NCBI RefSeq assembly: GCF_017876815.1
Contig: NZ_JAGIOS010000003.1
Span: forward strand, 1,350,001 to 1,382,000
Direction of reading: 5' to 3'
From: Sinorhizobium meliloti
Lineage (GTDB): Bacteria > Pseudomonadota > Alphaproteobacteria > Rhizobiales > Rhizobiaceae
DNA: 32,000 nucleotides
Shown: in pieces, positions 9,297 through 17,196 of the stretch
Layout: every line of letters begins with the position of its first letter
Position numbering within the stretch: position 1 is the first letter of the stretch
The notes under the pieces: model-generated
The model's database searches: none
The model's input: the letters and a program-made list of their open reading frames with translations, nothing else
Told to the model about the DNA's origin: nothing
Program-made: the position numbers and the translations under genes

Positions 9297-10064
9297 ATGT
9301 ACCCGACGAGATCGACCGACTTTGAAGATAGCAACAAGGTATTGCCGAAGAAAAGCAAGATTGTAATGCTCGCAAAGAACGACCTGTTCGCCGAATGTTT
9401 GACACAGGCGATCAGCGCGCGTTTTCACGATCAGGACATCGTAAGCCTTTCCGATGCCGACGATCTCCTGGACGGCAATCTTATCGACGTAAGCCTGGTC
9501 ATGCTCTACCGCCTGCCGGCGGCAGCATTCCCGTCGATCATCAGGACGATCCACGAGTTCCATCCCAAGGCCGCGATCGGCCTGATGGTGCAGAACGCGG
9601 ACGAGCTTGACCCGTCGATCGCGGGTTTTGTCGACGAAGGGTCGGTCAACGGCGTCCTGCCCCTGAATCTCAATCTCGACCTATGCCTTACCGCCATCGA
9701 TCTCTTGATGAAGGGCGGCGAGCATTTTCCCGCCGCTTTGCTTCGGCGCCCGGCGCCAAGAGGGCTGGCAGGGGGCGGCCTTGTCGCGCAAAAACAGGCG
9801 TCTTTGGAAGACATCGATCTAGAACGCAAGATCGACTTTGGCCAAGACCTCCTGACGATGCGCGAGACCCAGATTCTCGATCTCATATGCGTTGGCATGC
9901 AGAACAAGATCATCGCCGATCGTCTCGGGCTTTCCGAAAACACCGTCAAGGTGCATGTCCGCAACATCTACAAGAAGATGAACGTGCGCAACCGGACGGA
10001 GGCGGCGGCGCGCTACTTCCGGAGCGACGCTGATCACGCCTCGCTCCGCACACCATCGCACTAA
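9297..10064 (+). CDS. LuxR/FixJ-type transcriptional regulator with atypical receiver-like N-terminus
   Basis: ATG 9297 is preceded by AAGGAGG. The C-terminal HTH reads ETQILDLICVGMQNKIIADRLGLSENTVKVHVRNIYKKMNV. The N-terminal domain lacks the acidic pocket and phospho-Asp context (SLVMLY). Confidence 0.8.
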   Translation: MYPTRSTDFEDSNKVLPKKSKIVMLAKNDLFAECLTQAISARFHDQDIVSLSDADDLLDGNLIDVSLVMLYRLPAAAFPSIIRTIHEFHPKAAIGLMVQNADELDPSIAGFVDEGSVNGVLPLNLNLDLCLTAIDLLMKGGEHFPAALLRRPAPRGLAGGGLVAQKQASLEDIDLERKIDFGQDLLTMRETQILDLICVGMQNKIIADRLGLSENTVKVHVRNIYKKMNVRNRTEAAARYFRSDADHASLRTPSH

Positions 10065-10089
10065 GCGCGCGGAAAACAGCCCCTTCGAC

Positions 10090-10215
10090 ATGAAAGACCA
10101 TCTGAAGGCGCCCGGCTATCGCTGGTCGGACGGCAGACGGCGGCCCGAGATCCTTGTGGATCGAGATTGCGGAAGAGCACTCGACGATGAGCTTCGGTAT
10201 CTGCGGGCGGAACCA
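10090..10215 (+). pseudogene. possible remnant of an exonuclease C-terminal KDxLKxxGYRW repeat region
   Basis: KDHLKAPGYRWSDGRRRP...LDDELRYLRAE recalls, from memory only, a repeat seen at the C-terminus of epsilon-like 3'-5' exonucleases. A neighbouring frame reads PRSLWIEIAEE, which suggests frameshifts. Confidence 0.3.
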
Positions 10216-10220
10216 GTGGG

Positions 10221-10596
10221 TATAAGCCGATCCACCGGGACGGCCGCCTGCGCTATGGCCGAGCAGACCGACAATCTCGGAGACCCTCCTTGTCCGGCGC
10301 GCATAAGGGGAAGCAATCGTCGGCAGTCGGTCGGTGAACGTTTGTCGTTCACATTTCTGATGCGCGCACCGCCAGCGGCTCAACCGAAGCTTTACCGTTA
10401 CGGTTTTGCCCTGGACCGGCAGACCTTGGAGGCTTCGGTTGGACCAGCCATGCCGATATCGGGTCCGCCGTCCGCAATCAGGGCAGATGCCGAAAGCTGG
10501 CCCGGCAGCGGAAACAACCCAACTTTCGTCATCTGTGAGCGCGACACCCAGAACTTTTGCCCCTCGGCCGGGCGACCATTTCATTTTCGTTCGCAT
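10221..10596 (-). pseudogene. ISL3-family transposase, N-terminal ~125 aa fragment
   Basis: CPDCGRRTRYRHGWSNRSLQGLPVQGKTVTVKLRLSRWRCAHQKCERQTFTDRLP...RRTRRVSEIV fits the ISL3 zinc-finger/HTH N-terminus. The rest of the 216-aa ORF is Arg/Pro-rich read-through that overlaps the LuxR gene. Confidence 0.65.
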
Positions 10597-10662
10597 ACCC
10601 GCCTATAGCGGCATCATGTCTAACGGCGAGTGAACCACACAAATTGAGGAAGGCCCTAATTG

Positions 10663-10900
10663 AATGCCAAGCCACAGTCAGATCGATGCTCGGGCTCAGT
10701 CCGAGCGCCTATCAGGAGGATTGCGAGATCCTTGGACCGGAGAACGCCGCCGCGGTCACGGCCCGCATCCTCGAAAGGGCAGGGCACATCAACTCGGCCG
10801 GCGGTTACCTGCGCGATCTGACGCGCAAGGCTGAGTGCGGCAAGTTTTCGCGGGGCCGATGTTGATGGCCCTGATTGCGGGCGAAAGCGTTTGCCGGCGG
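10663..10900 (+). pseudogene. repC: repC (repABC plasmid replication initiator), C-terminal remnant with frameshift
   Basis: VRSMLGLSPSAYQEDCEILGPENAAAVTARILERAGHINSAGGYLRDLTRKAECGKFS matches the conserved RepC C-terminus. The expected GPMLMAL continuation is present but in another frame after about 10855. Confidence 0.65.
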
Positions 10901-11241
10901 CAGGGCGTGCTAATGGATCGCTCCCATATCCGTCCGAGGTCGGCGATGAATGGCGTCTTGAGGTGCACTCCGTAGATTGTTGGGGGTACTATCTGTGATC
11001 CCTGTAATATTCAGGGGTACTAATTTATGGTTGCAAAAAAAGTGGCGCTCTGTTAGTGTATTCAACGTGCAAGGCTCGCCCGTGAGTTGACGCTGAGGGC
11101 TCAGCAATCCGATAAAATGAACTCTCTCCAGGGAGTATAATCGACGGTCAAAGCACGTCTGCGATCTGCTGCATTCGCATGCAAATGAATCATATAGTGC
11201 CGTAAAATCTCTGCGCCACTCTAGGGATAGGAGACTGGTAA

Positions 11242-12018
11242 ATGACTTCTGCTGCTTTGAAATTCATATCAGTAACGAAACTTCCAACAGACGATGATCT
11301 TGGGGAGCTGCTGGACAAGCTGCGGGGTGCTGCTGGCTATTCCGCGCCGCTCCGTTCTCTGGCAGACAATACACAAACTGCCCAGGTTAACGCGGGAAGC
11401 CTGACTTCCTTCACCCAGAATCTTTCTGGCGAAAACAAAGCCGACGTGCAGAACTCAACCCTTTTTGCCCAGTTAGCATCAGACAGAGCTTTCGATCGTT
11501 ATAGGGCCCCCATGGACTGGTACAGAAACTATATCAATGTCCTGGGTCAGATTGGTTGGAACCAGCCAGCCTTTGCCTTTGATACCTACACATCTGGCGG
11601 TTCCACGGTAAAGCTCGACGAGGCCGTTCTTGGTATTCTCGCAGCGATTGCAACCGGAGACGAAGTCGCCATGGTGGCCGCTACGATGGAGGGGCTTAAA
11701 GGTCTTAGCGACGATTCGAAGCAAATGACTATTTGGGATGCAAAGTCCAGTGACGGCAACAACGGAAATTTTCAGATATTCCCCGTTGACGCGCTACCCA
11801 ACGGTGACGTTGTGATGGTGCTTGATGGGATGCAGTTTAATGCATCCACTAGCCATGGCCGGTTCTTGTGGTGGACATGGGAGTCTACGAGCATCCGCAT
11901 ACAGCGAGCTGCTAACAAATTTGTGCTCAACGAAAGCGTCTATTCACAAGTTCGGCAGGCCATTATCGATAAACTCGGCGAGCGCGCCCAGCAGCTGGTC
12001 GCCGACATTCCAATTTAA
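11242..12018 (+). CDS. hypothetical protein, paralogue A of orphan cassette (258 aa)
   Basis: ATG is preceded by AGGAGA. The frame is clean with no Cys, signal peptide or TM segment. It shares collinear blocks with the next gene: QVNAGSL/QINEGAL, NSTLFAQLASDRAF...DWYRNY..LGQIGW versus NSLLFAQLAADKQF...DWQRTF..LSVMGW, and LNESVYSQVRQAIIDKLG versus LNESIYSKVRNSVIAKLG. Confidence 0.75.
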   Translation: MTSAALKFISVTKLPTDDDLGELLDKLRGAAGYSAPLRSLADNTQTAQVNAGSLTSFTQNLSGENKADVQNSTLFAQLASDRAFDRYRAPMDWYRNYINVLGQIGWNQPAFAFDTYTSGGSTVKLDEAVLGILAAIATGDEVAMVAATMEGLKGLSDDSKQMTIWDAKSSDGNNGNFQIFPVDALPNGDVVMVLDGMQFNASTSHGRFLWWTWESTSIRIQRAANKFVLNESVYSQVRQAIIDKLGERAQQLVADIPI

Positions 12019-12169
12019 CGCCAGGCGCAGACTCAACGTCGTGACCGTCAAAGATGCACTGCCTTTGCATCCGGGACGGCCACGACGATCGTTGCGTGAA
12101 CCGTCGTCCCACCTGGGTCCTTTGCAAGTCTGTGCCGAGAGTGCCGCTTGCGTGACGCCCAAATCAAGC

Positions 12170-12910
12170 ATGAGGCTTATGATGTCCGTACATTTCGATG
12201 CGATCACGCTCCCTGAGCTTTCCGCGCGGGAGCGCGCACTTGAGACCGCTTCACCACCCGAGACTACCCAGTTCTCACTGGTAGGAACGGCTTCAGCGCA
12301 GATTAATGAAGGAGCACTGTTGGCTTTCGACAGCGCTCTTCCAAAGCAAATGATCGATGATATCAGCAACTCACTTCTCTTCGCACAGCTGGCTGCTGAC
12401 AAACAGTTCAACAGGCATACAGCGACGGGCGATTGGCAAAGGACTTTCTTCGGCACGCTTTCAGTGATGGGATGGATAACTGGCAGCTTGAGCGAAAGAA
12501 CTGAAGTTGCGGCATCACCGGTCGACTGGGCGGAGCTGATTACATCGTACATGCCGGAAAATGTGGATCAACTCGTGCTCTCCAGCATCGCGGCATCTCA
12601 ACAGCTGCCCACCACAAGCAGTGCAATCCGCATATGGAGCAATGCAGCCTTGGTTGGTGACGAAGGGGTCGTCATTGTCGGGCCGAGTTACATTTCTGGC
12701 GACAACCCAAATATGGCAATCGCACTTCTAAAGTTCACATTTGAGAAAGAAGTGGCAGGTTTTTTAAGGTGGGACGTCAACTTCAACATCACGACATCGA
12801 TCGTGACCATGGAACTGAACGAGAGCATTTACTCGAAAGTGCGAAACTCGGTCATAGCGAAACTTGGCAATCGTCCGAAATACCTAATCGCTAGTGTGCC
12901 GATGAAGTGA
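12170..12910 (+). CDS. hypothetical protein, paralogue B of orphan cassette (~243-246 aa)
   Basis: It is collinear with paralogue A over its whole length. The start is ambiguous: ATG at 12170, 12179 or 12182, with GAGG at 12172-12175 favouring 12179 or 12182. The longer track ORF from 11822 overlaps gene A and is Arg/Pro-rich. Confidence 0.7.
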   Translation: MRLMMSVHFDAITLPELSARERALETASPPETTQFSLVGTASAQINEGALLAFDSALPKQMIDDISNSLLFAQLAADKQFNRHTATGDWQRTFFGTLSVMGWITGSLSERTEVAASPVDWAELITSYMPENVDQLVLSSIAASQQLPTTSSAIRIWSNAALVGDEGVVIVGPSYISGDNPNMAIALLKFTFEKEVAGFLRWDVNFNITTSIVTMELNESIYSKVRNSVIAKLGNRPKYLIASVPMK

Positions 12911-12923
12911 AGGGGACTCCAAA

Positions 12924-13492
12924 ATGCCACATGTGACGGATGCTAACGTTCCACCTATAACGCAATCGGATTGCTGCAGATTCGCTTCGGCAGTCTCGGG
13001 GCATGGGGAACCGCGTTACTCATTGACGAGCGATGTCTGTTGACGTGCGCTCACAACGTATTTTCTAAGGGGCAGGCCGCAGTGTCGGCCAGCTTTCACC
13101 GCGCCTACAATTCGGAGATGCCGCCCGTGACGACCGGAGTTGAGGTGGATTGCGCTTTCATCAAGCGCGTGTTCAAGGTAGGTCATGACAGAACCTGGGA
13201 CATTGCCGTCCTGCGACTGGCCGAGCCGATCTACAAAGTCCAACCGCTCCGACTTGGAGTGGTCACAGAACATCAGCAGCCTGACCCTAATTTGACTGTC
13301 GCCGGTTATCCTGGCAGCAGACATTATCGGATGTGGGAGGAACAGGAACTGGTTAGAGGTGTCGCTTGGCAGATAAATGTGAGAATGCGGCTGTTTCAGG
13401 CAGGTTTGGCATTTAAAGATGAGAATCCGAGCGACGGGATTGTCAAAACAACTGCAATTGCGAAGACGCCACCGATCGGCATGTACGGGTGA
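12924..13492 (+). pseudogene. trypsin-fold (S1, V8-like) serine protease, apparently frameshifted at the 5' end and lacking the Ser motif
   Basis: Motifs are YNAIGLLQIRFG...GTALLIDERCLLTCAHNV (His), WDIAVLRL (Asp) and VAGYPGSRHYRMWE. A good RBS plus ATG at 12924 is in a different frame from the domain (open from 12947, first start TTG 12971). No GxSGxP motif lies before the stop at 13490-13492 in any frame. Confidence 0.6.
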
Positions 13493-13620
13493 TGATCTCG
13501 TCGATAGTGCTGCTGAATCGCACTTGGTTCTGACCCATCATTTGGCCGCGCAGCATTTGCAGCATCTCCGGTCCTGCCCGCTCGACGAGCCGCTGAGGGC
13601 TGCCAAGTAGAGGTTTCATT

Positions 13621-14211
13621 ATGTTCGATCCTCGCGAGAAAATAGCGCTCTTTATCGACGGCGCCAATCTTTTCGCCGCATCCAAAAGCCTGGGCTTCGA
13701 CATCGATTATTGCAAACTGCTCCAGGCTTTTCGCAACCGCGCCTACCTCTTGCGGGCCTATTATTACACGGCCATCATCGAAGACCTGGAATTCTCCTCA
13801 ATTCGGCCGCTGATCGACTGGCTTGATTACAACGGCTACACCGTGGTCACCAAACCAGCCAAGGAATTTACCGACGCCCAAGGCCGACGCAAGATCAAGG
13901 GAAACATGGACATCGAACTGGCAATCGATGCCATGGAGCAATCGCGAACCGCCGATCATCTCGTGATCTTTTCGGGCGATGGTGATTTCACCACACTCGT
14001 CGAAACTCTGCAGCGCAAGGGGCGCAAGGTTTCCGTGGTCTCGACCATGTCAACACAGCCGCCGATGATCGCTGACGAGTTGCGCAGACAAGCGGATCAT
14101 TTCATTGATCTGGCTTCGCTTCGCAGTGAGATTGACCGCCATCCGCGAGACCATTTGACTCGTCCAGCCGCTCCGGTTTCAGGTGAGGTCGGCGTCGACG
14201 CTGGCGCTTGA
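13621..14211 (+). CDS. NYN-domain (LabA/DUF88-like) protein
   Basis: IALFIDGANLFAASKSLGFDIDY...YYYTA...KGNMDIELAIDAM...LVIFSGDGDFTTLVETLQRKGRKVSVVS is the conserved NYN/LabA pattern. Confidence 0.85.
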   Translation: MFDPREKIALFIDGANLFAASKSLGFDIDYCKLLQAFRNRAYLLRAYYYTAIIEDLEFSSIRPLIDWLDYNGYTVVTKPAKEFTDAQGRRKIKGNMDIELAIDAMEQSRTADHLVIFSGDGDFTTLVETLQRKGRKVSVVSTMSTQPPMIADELRRQADHFIDLASLRSEIDRHPRDHLTRPAAPVSGEVGVDAGA

Positions 14212-14874
14212 GCGAGAACGATCGCTCGCCACGTTTCTGAGCTGGTGTGCGATATCTGTCCGACACTCCCACGGCGCATAACAGGCGCAGCACGAGTAGA
14301 ATGACAAAGTCGGGAGCAAGGATGTCGAGAGCCGGGAGGCGAGAAGCTTCGGTGGCGCAGGGCTGCGTTCCCAAGATTGTATCCTCACGGTAGGACAGCT
14401 GTCGGCAGTCGATCGATGATCGGCGGTCGTTCTGTTTCAGTGGCTGCTGCGCGGCAATACGAGGTCACAAAATTCAATTCGTGGGAGGACTGATAATGAA
14501 TAGCTGCAAGCTGAGCCCTTCAGGCGGCGTAGTTTCAAGGCATGAGCGCGTCTATTCCGGCTCGGCCACCCACTGGCAATGCACTCAAGGGGTCTGAGTG
14601 AACGAGGTAAGCGGATCGACGTTGTTCATCATCGTGGTCTGCAGCAGCCAGCAACAGTGCTCGCGGAGGATGAGGCGTTATTGCTGCTTGGTTTCGAACA
14701 GGCGCTCCCCGAAGTAGGCTTCGGTGTCAAGCGGTCTCGATCGGATGGAAGGCGACGGTGCTTAAGCCCGTTGTTCCGAAACGCCTCAGCTGGTCGCCGT
14801 TCTTCGTTGGGGCCGACCAGGGCCGCTGTCGCGAGCGTCGAAAATCTAACAAAACTCCGAACGGATCAAAAAGA

Positions 14875-14896
14875 AACCCTCTATAAGTGGAGGGTT
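14875..14896 (-). terminator. orphan hairpin with T-run on the minus strand
   Basis: AACCCTC (14875-14881) and GAGGGTT (14890-14896) form a 7-bp stem with an 8-nt loop. On the minus strand it is followed by TCTTTTT. No credible minus-strand gene lies upstream of it. Confidence 0.3.
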
Positions 14897-14990
14897 GCTT
14901 ATGATCAGATCGTGCGTTGTATTATGCATTTACGGATCTGCCCTGCTCGATGGGGTTCTGCATCACTTCATGAATGCAAGGGAGCATTCC

Positions 14991-17131
14991 ATGCTGATCT
15001 CCGCCAGCCCTACACGTTCTTCGAATCCTTTGATCATTCTTGCTGGCGGGAGCTATGAGGAAGCCTCGTCGGTCGCCCGCAGCCTTCGGGAAATCGGGTA
15101 TTCGTGCGTTTGCTCTCCAGACTACCGGACCTTTGAGCAACATGCGCGCCTGGTAAAGCCGGACCTCCTATTGCTGGATAGCGATATCCATGGCGAATTC
15201 TTGAGAGATGCAAAACGTTGGGAGGAGTTTCAATCTGTTCCAATGATCCATCTCGTTTCGAGTGCCGCCGAGAGAGAGAGAACGCCTTTGCCGCGGGTGC
15301 GGTGGACTGCGTTGTCAAACCTGTGTTGACAGAAGAACTGCTGGCACGTGTAAAAGGCCGTCTCGACCTGCAGCAGGCGCAGAAACAGCTTGACCAGCGC
15401 AACATGCAATTCGCCACAACCCTCGAAAATATCGGCCAGGGGGTCTGCTTTTTCGACGCGGACCAGCGGCTGATTCTATCAAATCGGCGGTATGCGGAGG
15501 TATACGGCCTACCACCGGAGATGATCAAGCCGGGCATGACTTTAAGCGAGATCACCGAACTGCGCTATGCGGTCGGTGCCTGCCCGGTCGTGCCGCATGA
15601 TGAATATCTGGCCTGGTGCGATGCGATCAATTCCAAGTCATCCCCGCAAGATTGGTCGATGGAGCTGAAGTCGGGCAAGGCCATTCGCGTCCATCACGAG
15701 AGGACATCCGACGGCGGATGGGTTTCCACGCACGAGGATATTACCGAGCACCGAAACGCCGAACGGCAGATAGCGCGTCTGGCGCTGCATGATCCGTTGA
15801 CCGACTTGCCCAACCGCGCCGCGTTGAAGCAGAAACTCGATACACTGCTCGAGCAGCACCAAAAGCAAGGCACCCAGTTTGCGGTCCTGTGCCTCGACCT
15901 CGACCGCTTCAAGGAGGTCAATGACCTCTTCGGTCACCATGTCGGGGATCAAGTTTTGTGCCTGGCTGCCAAACGCCTTTGCGCAACTGCGGTGGGTGCA
16001 TTCGTCGCGCGCCTGGGTGGCGACGAATTCATGGTCTTGGCAGAAGCTGACGCGAGCTACGCGGCACAGCTTGCCGACCTGATCATCACCATTCTGAGCG
16101 AGGACGCCGAAATCGAGGGCACCCGGATCCGCATGGGTACGAGCCTTGGCGTAGCAATCTTCCCCGCCGACGGGGACAACGCCGCCGAACTCATGGGCAA
16201 TGCCGACGCAGCTCTCTATCGTGCGAAGGCTGACGGACGCGGTACGGCCCGTTTCTTCGAACCGCAAATGGATAAATGGCTACGCGAGCGGCGAGCACTG
16301 CAACGAGATCTGCAGGCTGCGATTTCTCAGCAGCAGCTGTCTATTGTTTATCAGCCACAGGCTGACATCGGCGGCGATGTCATTGGCTTCGAAGCACTGC
16401 TGCGGTGGAACCATCCGACCCGTGGCAATATCCCGCCTTCAGTCTTCATTCCGATCGCCGAAGAGAGCAGTTTGATGATCGAGATCGGCGAGTGGGTGCT
16501 ACGAGAGGCCTGCCGAGAGGCAGCTGCTTGGCCACGGAAGCTTTCGGTTGCCGTCAACCTCTCTCCGGTGCAATTCAAACACGGCGATCTCGATAGGCTC
16601 GTAAAGTCAGTTCTGATCGAAACGGGACTTGAGCCAGAACGGTTGGAGCTCGAGATCACAGAAGGCGTTTTGATCGACGACCTGGAACGTGCGATCTCGA
16701 CGCTGGGGCATCTGAAGGCGCTGGGTGTGCGGATCGCAATGGACGATTTCGGGACCGGCTATTCCTCGCTTTCGTATCTGCAATCCTTTCCGTTTGACAA
16801 AATCAAGATCGACCAGTCGTTTGTCCGCAACATCGGGCTTTCCCAATCTTCAGCAATCATCCGAGCCGTAATCGGACTTGGGCGCGGCCTCGATCTGCCC
16901 ATCATCGCTGAAGGCGTGGAATCGACGGATCAGCTTGCATTCCTGACCCGCGAGAGCTGCGATCAGGTACAAGGTTATCTTGTGGGCCGGCCCCGCCCGA
17001 TTTCGGACTATGCCAAATATGTGGGCCGCGCAGAGGACGTCGAGCAGCTTGCGCGCGTCCGGCCGGCGATCTCGGCCCGGCAAGAGCAAAGCCATGGTGC
17101 CGATTCCAGGCAAAACAGCGGCATTGGCTGA
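14991..17131 (+). pseudogene. REC-PAS-GGDEF-EAL c-di-GMP protein split by a frameshift in a (GA)6 tract
   Basis: AGGGAG plus ATG at 14991. The receiver-like domain (KPDLLLLDSD...PMIHLVSSAAE) continues in the frame of ORF 15218-17131 (NAFAAGAVDCVVKP...). Downstream are a PAS region, GGDEF (RLGGDEFMVL) and EAL (GFEALLRW, DDFGTGYSSLSYL, QGYLVGRP). Confidence 0.85.
15270..15281. repeat. (GA)6 dinucleotide tract at the frameshift point
   Basis: Read directly: ccgGAGAGAGAGAGAacgcc. Removing one GA unit fuses the REC frame to the PAS-GGDEF-EAL frame (SSAAERENAFAAGAVD). Confidence 0.95.
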
Positions 17132-17196
17132 GGCCGCTTCCTAGAGTGCGGCATTTTCTCGATTACCGATCTGTGGGGAAGGTGGGGTGGGCGCTG

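Noticed and set aside
11822-12169. A 5' extension of the paralogue B ORF; the track ORF starts at 11822.
   Set aside because: It overlaps gene A in another frame and is Arg/Pro/Ser-rich. Paralogue A aligns with B only from about 12170 onward.
11242-12910. Calling paralogues A and B bacterial gasdermins because of the adjacent protease.
   Set aside because: I see no resemblance to bacterial gasdermin sequences as I remember them, and neither protein has an N-terminal Cys. I keep this only as an architectural analogy to be tested by structure prediction.
13443-13619. A minus-strand 58-codon ORF (MKPLLGSPQRLVERAGPEMLQML...) with good GC3, between the protease and the NYN gene.
   Set aside because: It has no RBS or recognisable family and overlaps the protease 3' end. 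It is more likely a relic of another gene that marks the recombination joint.
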